A DNA stretch of 64,000 bases, taken from contig CALXBV010000021.1 in NCBI GenBank assembly GCA_944386635.1, positions 293 through 64,292 of the forward strand, in the 5' to 3' direction. Shown piece by piece: positions 50,745 to 60,053 of this stretch (within the stretch, counting starts at the first letter, position 1; the number at the start of each line of letters is the position of its first letter). The stretch is from an uncultured Clostridia bacterium (GTDB lineage: Bacteria > Bacillota > Clostridia > TANB77 > CAG-465). The translations under genes were made by a program, and so were the position numbers. Below the pieces are notes generated by a model, which had not been told where the DNA came from, made no database searches, and saw only the letters and a program-made list of their open reading frames with translations.

Positions 50745-51164
50745 TTAAACATGTTTAGCCAAAATGTCATCTATATGTTCAAGTAATCTATATATTTTAT
50801 CTTTATCTTGTTCACCTTTTAATTTACTAACTTCATCAGTTATATAATCTTTGCCGACCACTTCAATGCCAGCTATTCGTATTAAAAATACCTTTATTGT
50901 TCCTAGTTTTGTGTTATAGTATTTTCTTTTACTATCAACATTTTCATCTATTTTGTCTTTTACATCTTCCTTTACCTTACCATATGAAAGTAAATCTAAC
51001 TTTTCTTTATACTTTTTTTCAAGTAAAAATATATTTTTTTCTTTATAATTTATATCATCTTCTACAATAGCACCATCTATTAAAATTATATCCTTTACTA
51101 TTTCATTTACTTTTGAATCTTTAATATCTCTTATTTTCTCTAAAATTTCTTCTGTTTTTTCCAT
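50745..51164 (-). CDS. hypothetical protein, paralog A
   Basis: 139 aa. Shares its layout with the upstream gene (MEK.E.I...I, DI.IID.AI...D..YK.K, KY...L...Y.K, IR..G, C-terminal IDDDIL-like). Confidence 0.55.
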   Translation of the reverse strand: MEKTEEILEKIRDIKDSKVNEIVKDIILIDGAIVEDDINYKEKNIFLLEKKYKEKLDLLSYGKVKEDVKDKIDENVDSKRKYYNTKLGTIKVFLIRIAGIEVVGKDYITDEVSKLKGEQDKDKIYRLLEHIDDILAKHV

Positions 51165-51174
51165 ATAATCCCTC

Positions 51175-51639
51175 CTATATACTATTTCTTAAACATGATA
51201 ATATGTCATCATCAATATCATTTAATCTTTCATTCAATGTATTAATATCTACGACTTCGTCAGTTATGGCATATTTTTTCATATATGCGTCTATACCGTC
51301 GACTACATTCTCTTCTGCTATCTTTTTTACACACATGTATCCACTACATCTTATTATCCATTTTCTTAATATACTTAAACTATTTCGTATTATAGACTCC
51401 TCAGATAAATTACTAGAAATATATTTGCTTGTCATTAACTCTAAAGCTTTATTATACCCTATCCTCTCTAGATCAAAATTATATTTGTCTTTCATTTTAT
51501 TATATATTTTCGTTTTATACTCCACATCCGAGCTTAGGATTGCAAAATCTATTATATTAATATCTCTTATTACATCTGATATAAAATATTCAAATTTTGT
51601 TTTTACAATAAAATCATATATATATTCTACCTTTTCCAT
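51175..51639 (-). CDS. hypothetical protein, paralog B
   Basis: 154 aa. Roughly 25-30% identity by eye to 50745..51164. Confidence 0.55.
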   Translation of the reverse strand: MEKVEYIYDFIVKTKFEYFISDVIRDINIIDFAILSSDVEYKTKIYNKMKDKYNFDLERIGYNKALELMTSKYISSNLSEESIIRNSLSILRKWIIRCSGYMCVKKIAEENVVDGIDAYMKKYAITDEVVDINTLNERLNDIDDDILSCLRNSI

Positions 51640-51833
51640 ATTATCCCTCCACTTTTTTTAGAATTATACTACTAAAAATTTTCTGTGCTATATTTTAGAC
51701 AAAACTTTTACTAACAAGACATTTTAAAGTAAATTCTCCCTTTGTATTACAAAAATATTAATTTTATTTAATATTTAACATTATATTGAAAATTTTTAAA
51801 ATTTCATTATATAATTTATGTATCGGTGATATT

Positions 51834-52538
51834 ATGGAAGAAATAGATTTAAAAGAAATTTTTTATTATATTTTTAAGAAAAAAATATTTGTTATACTCT
51901 CAATAATTGTATGTGCAATTGCTGGCATACTATACACAAAATTTATGGTTACTCCTATGTACTCATCATATACTACAGTTGTATTATCTAAACCAGAAGA
52001 TTCAAATAGCATAATTGAAAGTTCAACTAATAACTCGAATTCTGGATCAATTACTCAAAACGATATAACCTTAAACCAAAAATTAGTATCAACTTACAGT
52101 GAAATAATGAAAAGTAGATCTGTTGCTGAACAAGTAATTAATGAACTTAATTTAAATATTAGTGAAAACGAATTAATGTCTAATATTTCTATATCTACTA
52201 AAGATGATACAGAAATGCTAAAAATATCTGTATCAAATAAAGATCCACAAATTGCTGCACAAATCGCAAACTCTATAACAGAAGTCTTTAAAGTAAAAAT
52301 TAGAGAAATATACAACATAGAAAATGTCACAATAATAGATAAAGCAATTGCAAGTACAACTCCATATAATGTAAACTATTTAAAAAATAGTGCTATATTT
52401 GGTATTATTGGAGGAATTGCTTGTTGTGGTATATTATTTTTAATGTTCTACTTTGATACAAGAATAAAATCTAAAGAAGAAGTTGAAGAGCTTTTAAATC
52501 TTGAAGTTCTCGCTGTTATACCAGAGATTAAAGAATAA
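51834..52538 (+). CDS. polysaccharide chain-length determinant / BY-kinase transmembrane modulator (Wzz, CpsC/YwqC-like)
   Basis: Start placed at the ATG at 51834. IDLKEIFYYIFKKK followed by a TM segment, a periplasmic coiled region, and a C-terminal TM. Confidence 0.8.
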   Translation: MEEIDLKEIFYYIFKKKIFVILSIIVCAIAGILYTKFMVTPMYSSYTTVVLSKPEDSNSIIESSTNNSNSGSITQNDITLNQKLVSTYSEIMKSRSVAEQVINELNLNISENELMSNISISTKDDTEMLKISVSNKDPQIAAQIANSITEVFKVKIREIYNIENVTIIDKAIASTTPYNVNYLKNSAIFGIIGGIACCGILFLMFYFDTRIKSKEEVEELLNLEVLAVIPEIKE

Positions 52539-52549
52539 GAGGTGATTTA

Positions 52550-53299
52550 ATGAAAAAGGATTTAATAATTCATGAAGCTCCAAAGTCCCCAGTATCTGAA
52601 GCCATAAGGACACTAAGGACTAATATTACATATAAAATGACAAAAAGTCATGATAAGGTATTTCTAATTACTAGTTCATCAATGGAAGAAGGAAAAAGCT
52701 GGGTTGTATCTAATCTTGCAATAGCCTTCACACAATCTAAACAAAAAGTATTAATAATAGATGCTGATTTAAGAAAAGGTAGACAATCAAGCATATTTTC
52801 AATAGATAATTCTTATGGATTGTCTAATGCTCTAGATAATTCAAATATAAATCTAGATAATAATAACTTAGATGAAGAAATACAAAAAGCTATATTTAAA
52901 ACTAACATAGATAATCTATATCTAATGCCATCAGGTATATTTCCTTCAAAGCCATCTGAATTACTTGAAAATAGTCAATTTGATATTATATTAAATAATT
53001 TAAAAGACAAATTCGACATTATTTTATTTGATGCTCCACCTATTAATATAGTTACAGATAGTATGATTCTTTGCAATAAAGCCGATAGTGTAATAATTGT
53101 ATGTGCTATAGGAAAAACAAAAAGAGAATCACTAATTGAAACTAAGAAAAAGATTAAAAGTATGGGTGGAAATATACTTGGTGTAATAGTAAATAAAATG
53201 CCTATGGATAAATTAAAAGAATATACTAAAGATTATACTAAATACAGTAATAATAAGATTATTAAAGTGGATAATTCAAGATTTAAAAATATTTCTTAA
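52550..53299 (+). CDS. BY-kinase catalytic subunit (CpsD/YwqD-like tyrosine-protein kinase)
   Basis: 249 aa. EAIRTLRTNI, P-loop region SSSMEEGKSWV, Walker A' VLIIDADLRK, Walker B ILFDAPP, and a Tyr-containing tail KEYTKDYTKY. Confidence 0.8.
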   Translation: MKKDLIIHEAPKSPVSEAIRTLRTNITYKMTKSHDKVFLITSSSMEEGKSWVVSNLAIAFTQSKQKVLIIDADLRKGRQSSIFSIDNSYGLSNALDNSNINLDNNNLDEEIQKAIFKTNIDNLYLMPSGIFPSKPSELLENSQFDIILNNLKDKFDIILFDAPPINIVTDSMILCNKADSVIIVCAIGKTKRESLIETKKKIKSMGGNILGVIVNKMPMDKLKEYTKDYTKYSNNKIIKVDNSRFKNIS

Positions 53300-53338
53300 A
53301 GCAGCTTTTAAAAAGCTGCTTTTTTATGTCTAATTTTG

Positions 53339-53388
53339 TTGACATTTGAAATCTACTGTGATAAATTCTTTATGTACGAATCGTACAT
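53339..53388 (+). promoter_or_regulatory. promoter plus palindromic operator of the GH13 gene
   Basis: TTGACA, 17 nt, then TAAATT. It is followed directly by the perfect inverted repeat ATGTACG-AAT-CGTACAT (53372..53388), 40 nt before the ATG. Confidence 0.5.
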
Positions 53389-53427
53389 GGTAACATTAAA
53401 TTATTATTTATGTTAGGAGGATTCGAA

Positions 53428-55284
53428 ATGATTAATGAGATCTATTGCAGTATGGACCCGAAATGTAAAGATCCTATTGGACCAGTACAAGAAGGAACAA
53501 GAGTAAGGTTTAGCATTCGTCTAGATAAAGTTAGTAAAGTTGATTCGCCTAAACTTGTTATCTTTCAAATAGATAAATGGAACAACAGGCAAACAATTGA
53601 CTTAGCCCTTACGAACATTACAGGGACTAACAATTACTATTCATGCTACTTTACACCTAAAGAGGCCGACGTATATTTTTACTACTTTACTTTGTATATC
53701 AACGGAAAATACGTTGAACTTAGAAAAGGAAAATATTCCAAGAGCTTTTTTGGCGGAAAAGAAAACGAGTGCTTTCAGCTTACCGTATTCACAAAAGACT
53801 TGACCGTACCAGATTTTATGAAGGGCGCTATCTTCTATCAAATATTTCCCGATAGGTTTTATAACTCTGGTGAACCTAAAGAGAATGTTCCTCAAGATAG
53901 AAAAATTCATAATAACTGGTATGAAAATCCCAACTATTTACCCGAAAATGGCTTAATACTAAATGATGACTATTTTGGTGGTGACCTTAAAGGAATCACT
54001 CAAAAACTTGACTATATCAAGTCGCTCCATGTAACCATCATTTATCTCAATCCTATTTTCGAGGCTCATTCAAACCATCGTTACAATACCGCAGACTATC
54101 TCAAGATTGATCCGTTACTCGGAAAAGAAGAAGACTTTGTTGAGCTTTGTCAGGAAGCAAGAAAAAGAGGCATCCGAATTATTTTGGACGGTGTCTTTAA
54201 CCATACCGGTTCTGACAGTGTCTACTTTAATAAGGAAAGAAGATATGCAACTATCGGTGCATATAATAGCCCTGATAGCAAATACTACGATTGGTATTGC
54301 TTCTACAACTATCCTGATGGGTATGATTCTTGGTGGAACTTTGATACCTTACCCAAACTCAACAAAAATTCCAGAGAATGTCTTGATTTTATCTGTCAAG
54401 TGATTAAAAAATGGATTCGCCTTGGAGCTTCTGGTTTTAGATTCGATGTAATCGATGAACTCACTAACAATATGGTATACCATATTGCAAAAACTCTTAA
54501 AAGCGAAGAAACTTTTGACTCGCAAAAAGCTACGATGATCGGCGAAGTTTGGGAAGACTTGTCTACCAAAGAAGCATACGGTGAAAGGAAACACTATCTT
54601 ACTCACAACACTCTTGATAGTGCCATGAACTACGTTTATAAAGATGCACTTTTTGATTTCTTTGAAAACAAAAATGCAGAAAATCTTTTGGACAATATTC
54701 TTCGCATTATCGAGAATTATCCGAAAAATTGCTTAGATGCCATGATGAATATTATTTCTAGCCATGACATTGAAAGAGCAATCACGCGTCTTTCTAAAGG
54801 CCCAGCAAATGGCCATGATAGATACTGGCAAGCTCAAAATGACTTCTTAAATGAACATGAGTATAGGAAGGGAAAAGAACTGTTAAAGCTTATGGCAACA
54901 ATTCAATACTTTCTTCCTGGTAATCCTTGTATTTATTATGGTGATGAAGCTGGTGTCTATGGATTTAAAGATCCTTTCAATAGAAAGACTTATCCATGGG
55001 GACGTGAAGATGTTGAACTCATCAACTTCTTCAGAGCACTCGGTTCTATAAGAACTGACGAAGCATATTTAAAAGATGCAACGTTCTTACCGGTATTGTT
55101 CTATGGTGGAATTTGTGTCTTTGCAAGAGAATCACTAGATGAAAATCAAAGGATTTACATTGGAGTAAACATTTCTAATGCTCCTTTAGATTTGAGCTTT
55201 ATTGGAGCAAAAAAAGTATTATACTCCAGTGCCAATCCTAACACTATGATTCTCAGTCCGTACACGTCTATCATTCTCAAATAA
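53428..55284 (+). CDS. GH13 alpha-glycosidase (neopullulanase/cyclomaltodextrinase-like)
   Basis: Start placed at the ATG at 53428, behind AGGAGGA. GH13 regions DGVFNH, GFRFDVIDE, EVWE and SSHD. GC content is far above the flanks. Confidence 0.85.
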   Translation: MINEIYCSMDPKCKDPIGPVQEGTRVRFSIRLDKVSKVDSPKLVIFQIDKWNNRQTIDLALTNITGTNNYYSCYFTPKEADVYFYYFTLYINGKYVELRKGKYSKSFFGGKENECFQLTVFTKDLTVPDFMKGAIFYQIFPDRFYNSGEPKENVPQDRKIHNNWYENPNYLPENGLILNDDYFGGDLKGITQKLDYIKSLHVTIIYLNPIFEAHSNHRYNTADYLKIDPLLGKEEDFVELCQEARKRGIRIILDGVFNHTGSDSVYFNKERRYATIGAYNSPDSKYYDWYCFYNYPDGYDSWWNFDTLPKLNKNSRECLDFICQVIKKWIRLGASGFRFDVIDELTNNMVYHIAKTLKSEETFDSQKATMIGEVWEDLSTKEAYGERKHYLTHNTLDSAMNYVYKDALFDFFENKNAENLLDNILRIIENYPKNCLDAMMNIISSHDIERAITRLSKGPANGHDRYWQAQNDFLNEHEYRKGKELLKLMATIQYFLPGNPCIYYGDEAGVYGFKDPFNRKTYPWGREDVELINFFRALGSIRTDEAYLKDATFLPVLFYGGICVFARESLDENQRIYIGVNISNAPLDLSFIGAKKVLYSSANPNTMILSPYTSIILK

Positions 55285-55294
55285 TTCATTTTAC

Positions 55295-55330
55295 GCACTG
55301 TAGGTTTTTCCTGCAGTGCATTTCTCTTTT
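55295..55330 (+). terminator. intrinsic terminator after the GH13 gene
   Basis: GCACTGTAGG-TTTTT-CCTGCAGTGC is a GC-rich 10-bp stem followed by ATTTCTCTTTT. Confidence 0.7.
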
Positions 55331-55376
55331 AAACACAACATTTATGTCGAATTATGTAGTTTCTTTATCTTGAATG

Positions 55377-55405
55377 TTGACTTTTATAGCAAATTGTAGT
55401 AAATT
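55377..55405 (+). promoter_or_regulatory. candidate sigma-A promoter of the histidine kinase gene
   Basis: TTGACT, 17 nt, then TAAATT, 36 nt upstream of the ATG at 55441. Confidence 0.4.
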
Positions 55406-55440
55406 AATTTTGTCAATATTTAGAAAAGAGGGATACTTTA

Positions 55441-56769
55441 ATGAACACTCAGCTCATCTCACTTATTAATATTATAAGTCAGATAATTATATTTTTTTCA
55501 TTTATTATAACTATAAGTCAATCATATACTAATAAAAAAATAAATATATCTAAAAAAATATATGTCTTTTGCTTTAGTGTTATAATATCAGTAGTAATAA
55601 ATCTTTTAGACAAAGATTTATCTTTTTTAATATATAGTATTAGCATAATTCCTTTATTTGTAGTATTTAAGTATATATTAGGACAAAAAAATATTAATTC
55701 AATATTATGCATATTATTTTTCTATATAATGATATCTTTTAGTGAAGTGTTATCCTATTTTATAGTAAAAGGCTCATTTAATGCTAGTTTATCTAGCTTT
55801 TATTTTAACCTAAAAGTATTTATAACATATATAATTTTAAAAAATTTAATATTCATTTTACTTTTAATATTATTAAATGAATATATAAAGAAAAATAACA
55901 ATATACTTCACGAAATATTAAATACTCTTACTAATAAAGAAATATTACTCCTAATAACATTATACTGTAGTATTATAATACCAGGGCTAATAAGATTCTT
56001 TTATGAAAGATCTGAATATACATTTAATTTTTTAACAATTAATATAATACAACTTGCAATTACATGTATATTATTATTTTCATATTTTAGATATATACAT
56101 TTTTATAAATTAAGTCAATCAGAACTTACACAATCAAAATTATACAATAAAACTCTTATTGAACTTGTAGAAAATTTACGTGTTTTAAAACATGATTACA
56201 ATAATATTTTGCAATCTATAAATGGATATATAGTTACTAAACAATATGATCAATTAGAAAAACACATGAAAAATTTAACTAATGAGGCTAGTAATATTTC
56301 CGTTATTGAGTCTATAAATCCTGAAATTATTAATCAGCCAGCAATTTATGGAATAGTTGGTGCAAAATATTTTACTGCTAATTCCAAAAATATAAAATTT
56401 AAATTAGATGTGTTAACAGATATAAGTAAAATAGATTTTGATTTTACTGATCTTTCAAGAGTCCTTGGAATACTACTAGACAACGCAATTGAGGCGAGTG
56501 AAAAATCAGACGATCCTAAAATATCACTATCATTTACTTACAATAAAGCTAAACAGGCAAATATTATAGAAATTAAAAATTCTATCAATCCAAACTCGAA
56601 AATTGATGTATCTAAAATATTCAATAAAGGAGTATCTAGTAAAAAAGTAAAATCAGGGCTTGGGCTTTGGGAAGTAAAGAAAATAATATCATCTAAATCT
56701 AATTCTCAAATTTATGCTAATATAGAAAATAATATATTTTGTCAAACTATAATAATAGAAAAAATATAA
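55441..56769 (+). CDS. AgrC/VirS-type (HPK10) sensor histidine kinase
   Basis: 442 aa. About six N-terminal TM segments, H-box LKHDYNNILQSINGYI, N-box LGILLDNAIEAS and G-box SGLGLWEVKKII. Confidence 0.75.
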   Translation: MNTQLISLINIISQIIIFFSFIITISQSYTNKKINISKKIYVFCFSVIISVVINLLDKDLSFLIYSISIIPLFVVFKYILGQKNINSILCILFFYIMISFSEVLSYFIVKGSFNASLSSFYFNLKVFITYIILKNLIFILLLILLNEYIKKNNNILHEILNTLTNKEILLLITLYCSIIIPGLIRFFYERSEYTFNFLTINIIQLAITCILLFSYFRYIHFYKLSQSELTQSKLYNKTLIELVENLRVLKHDYNNILQSINGYIVTKQYDQLEKHMKNLTNEASNISVIESINPEIINQPAIYGIVGAKYFTANSKNIKFKLDVLTDISKIDFDFTDLSRVLGILLDNAIEASEKSDDPKISLSFTYNKAKQANIIEIKNSINPNSKIDVSKIFNKGVSSKKVKSGLGLWEVKKIISSKSNSQIYANIENNIFCQTIIIEKI

Positions 56770-56770
56770 T

Positions 56771-56806
56771 AAAAAATCCAAATTGATTTACAATTTGGAT
56801 TTTTTT
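56771..56806. terminator. bidirectional terminator between convergent genes
   Basis: ATCCAAATTG-ATTTA-CAATTTGGAT is a 10-bp perfect stem flanked by an A-run and a T-run. Confidence 0.75.
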
Positions 56807-56808
56807 GA

Positions 56809-57597
56809 TTAACTTAAACTTTCTAATTTATTATAAAATTTTTCATTTTCTTTCACATAATCTTTGTCAACATCTTTAATATAATTATAATGTAATTTAC
56901 AATAATGTATCATATAAAAATATGCTGTTGTAATTAATTGCTCAAAGAATAAATCAAAGTTAACAATTACATTGTCTACGCTAATTGATGTGTATGAATT
57001 TGTCATATTGTTTCTATATGGATACAAGTCTATATTTTCAACAATATTATACTTATTTTTAGTAAAAATTCTTCTAAAGTTATCTCTGTTAGTATTATAC
57101 TGTTCAAAATCTTGACTCAAAAATATATTTTTTACTTTTTCTTGATTCATGTCTAAAAGACTACTACTAGTATATTTTACATCAACCGCAATTTTTACAT
57201 CATCAAGTTCAGAATAAAATATATCTAATATTGCTTTGATTCTCTCATATTCGTTTTTTATATCTTCTATAACATAATCACTTAAAGAAAAAACACATTT
57301 AAAATTTATAGCTGAAACTTCTTCACAAGCTTCAATGTACATATAAATGTCCCTTTTAGTGTAAGATATTTTATTACTTCCTATATCCCATCCACTATTT
57401 AATAGATCTTTTTGTTTTTTCCTAATATATGCCTTAAATTTTTTAAAACTCTTATCAGCTCTAATAAAAAATCTTAAACATATTTGTGAATTATTGTTTC
57501 CGTACTATATGCTTTATTTTCCTTTCATTAGATTTTGCTTGCAAATATAAATTGCTAGCCTCCATTAATCTCTTTTGACCAACCAAATAATTGTTCA
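56809..57597 (-). pseudogene. unknown-function gene interrupted by a frameshift
   Basis: GGAGG-ATG at 57597 opens a 35-codon frame ending at TAA 57491..57493. The 177-aa track ORF is open upstream to 57504 without any start codon (…FIRADKSFKKFKAYIRKKQKDLLNSGWDIGSNKISYTKRDIYMYIEAC…). The frames overlap at 57494..57504. Confidence 0.45.
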
Positions 57598-57893
57598 TAA
57601 AAAAACCTCCTATTATTAAATATTAGCTAAAATATTAACTTACAGATATTATTATATCATATAATTTACATAAAATAAAGTAATTTTATAAAATATTATT
57701 ATTTTTATAAAAATTGCAAAACTTTAATCTTCTATATCCCGCAATGCTTAAACAATCTTTTAATTTTTTACAATATATATTTTTTAGCCTATAATTTTTA
57801 TTATAATTGAAAATAGCATATTCACACGTATTACATTTATATACATATCTCATATATATATTATCTGCAAAATAAAAAAGACCAAACGGTCTT

Positions 57894-58451
57894 TTACATT
57901 TTTGATTTAACTTTATCTTCAGCATATCTCATAGCTAAAATTGTTTGTTCAAATAATTTATCTAAATCCCAGCCCAACTGTTCTGCTCCTTTTTTTATAA
58001 CATCTCTAGAACATCCAGCAGCAAATTTTTTATCCTTGAATTTCTTTTTAAGACTTGATACTTCCATATCTTTTGTACTATGTGAAGGTCTCATTTTTGC
58101 AGCTGCCCAAATAAGTCCTGTAAGTTCATCTGTAGCAAATAATATTTTTTCCATCTCATCTGTAGGCTCAACATCACTACATAAGCCATATCCATGTGAA
58201 CATACAGCATGTATTATTTTATCATCTACATTTGCATTCTTTAATAACTCAATACATTTTTTACAATGCTCATCTGGCCACATTTCATAATCTATATCAT
58301 GTAGTAATCCTACAATTGACCAAAATTCTGGATCTTCATTATATTTTTTAGCAAAATATTCCATAACATAAGAAACAGTCAATGCATGCTCTATATGAAA
58401 CGGCTCTTTATTATATTTTTTTAATAATTCATATGCTTCATTCCAAGTCAT
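57894..58451 (-). CDS. HD-domain metal-dependent phosphohydrolase
   Basis: Start placed at the ATG at 58451, behind AAGGATGA. HIEHALTV...GLLHDIDYE. Confidence 0.75.
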   Translation of the reverse strand: MTWNEAYELLKKYNKEPFHIEHALTVSYVMEYFAKKYNEDPEFWSIVGLLHDIDYEMWPDEHCKKCIELLKNANVDDKIIHAVCSHGYGLCSDVEPTDEMEKILFATDELTGLIWAAAKMRPSHSTKDMEVSSLKKKFKDKKFAAGCSRDVIKKGAEQLGWDLDKLFEQTILAMRYAEDKVKSKM

Positions 58452-58538
58452 TTTTATCATCCTTTCTTTTAATATTATAATTATATTAACATACAATGTC
58501 AAATTATAATTTATGTTTTTGATACACATAATATATAC

Positions 58539-60032
58539 ATGGATATAAATTCAAAGTCTATTTGGGAATATAATATAAATAATAGTGAATTTAAAAAACT
58601 AGATAAAGATATTTCTACTGATGTATGCATTATAGGAGGTGGAATAGCTGGAATAAACATTGCATACAAACTATATAAAAATAATATAAATTTTATATTA
58701 ATTGATAAAAATAAAATATGTAATAAAACAACAAAATATTCAACAGCAAAAATTACAGCTCAACATGGATTAATATATTATAATATAATGAAAAAATATG
58801 GTTTAACTACAGCAAAAGAATATTTAGAAGCTAATTTGAGAGCAATTGATGAATTAAAAAATATAATATCAGCTGAAAATATTGACTGCGATCTTAAAAT
58901 TTGTGATTCTATTATATTTACCAATGACGATAATAGAAAAAAAGACATAGATAATGAATATAAATGCCTAAAAAAAATGGGATATAATGACGTTGAAATA
59001 ACTACAAATAATTCAATATTACCAAATATAAAATATAGTATAAAATTTAAAAATCAAGCAAAATTTAACCCTATAAAATATGTATTTTCAATAACTAACT
59101 TGTTTAAAGAAAATATATATGAATATACAAACGCAAAGAAAATAAAAAGAAAGAATAATAAATATATAGTATATACAAAAAATAATAAAATTATTTGTAA
59201 TAAACTAATTATAGCAACTCATTTTCCTATTAAGGATATACCTGGATTTTATTTTATTAAAATGTACCAAGATACATCTTATGTAGTTACAGCAGATATT
59301 GGAAAATTAGATTTTAATGATACATACTTAAATATAGATTCACCTACCATCTCACTTAGAACTGCTAAAATAGATAGTCATAATATTCTTATTGTAGGAG
59401 GAAACAACACTAAAACTGGAGATACTGCTCTAGATAAAAAATATGATTTTCTTGAGAGTATTGCAAAACAAATTTCACCAAACTGTAAAATACTAAATAA
59501 ATGGAGTACTCAAGATTGCATGACATTAGATCAAATTCCATATATTGGTACCTTTTCTAGTTTTACCCCAAATCTTTACATAACCACAGGATTTAACAAG
59601 TGGGGATTTACTACATCTATAATTGCTTCAAACATAATTATGGATAAATTATTAAATAAAAATACAAGGTTTTATAATACTTTCCTTTCTACAAGAATGC
59701 ATCCGATAAAAAATATAAAGAAACTATATTTTAATCTTAATCAGAGTGTTCAATCAATACTAATCAATAAATTTAAAATAAAAGAAGATATATTAAAAAA
59801 TATTCCTTGTGATACAGGTAGAATATTAAAGCTAAGCAATAAAAAAGTAGGAGTATATAAAGATAAAAATGGTAAAATATTTAAAGTACATCCATATTGT
59901 TCTCACTTAAAATGTGTATTAACATTTAATGATCAAGATAAAACATGGGACTGTCCTTGTCATGGGTCCAGGTTTGATATATATGGAAATATATTAAATT
60001 CACCAGCAAACATAAATATACATATAGAATAA
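58539..60032 (+). CDS. FAD-dependent oxidoreductase fused to a C-terminal Rieske [2Fe-2S] domain
   Basis: 497 aa. Dinucleotide fold VCIIGGGIAGI and Rieske motifs CSHLKC...CPCHGSRF. Confidence 0.8.
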   Translation: MDINSKSIWEYNINNSEFKKLDKDISTDVCIIGGGIAGINIAYKLYKNNINFILIDKNKICNKTTKYSTAKITAQHGLIYYNIMKKYGLTTAKEYLEANLRAIDELKNIISAENIDCDLKICDSIIFTNDDNRKKDIDNEYKCLKKMGYNDVEITTNNSILPNIKYSIKFKNQAKFNPIKYVFSITNLFKENIYEYTNAKKIKRKNNKYIVYTKNNKIICNKLIIATHFPIKDIPGFYFIKMYQDTSYVVTADIGKLDFNDTYLNIDSPTISLRTAKIDSHNILIVGGNNTKTGDTALDKKYDFLESIAKQISPNCKILNKWSTQDCMTLDQIPYIGTFSSFTPNLYITTGFNKWGFTTSIIASNIIMDKLLNKNTRFYNTFLSTRMHPIKNIKKLYFNLNQSVQSILINKFKIKEDILKNIPCDTGRILKLSNKKVGVYKDKNGKIFKVHPYCSHLKCVLTFNDQDKTWDCPCHGSRFDIYGNILNSPANINIHIE

Positions 60033-60053
60033 GAGTTAGAAAAAGTCTAACTC

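Noticed and set aside
53331-55426. Imperfect direct repeats flanking the GH13 gene. TAATTTTGTTGACATTTGAAA at 53331 pairs with TAATTTTGTCAATATTTAGAAA at 55405. Separately, TGTTGACATTT...TAAATT pairs with TGTTGACTTTT...TAAATT at 55375.
   Set aside because: Identity is only about 65-80% over about 20-40 nt of AT-rich promoter-like sequence. That similarity can be explained by shared -35/-10 consensus rather than by target-site duplication.
57686-57925. A Cys-rich 79-aa ORF (…KCNTCEYAIF…) overlapping the 3' end of the HD-domain gene.
   Set aside because: It has no convincing RBS, overlaps a supported gene, and sits in a T/A-run region. It could be a real small zinc-binding peptide, but I cannot support that from sequence alone.
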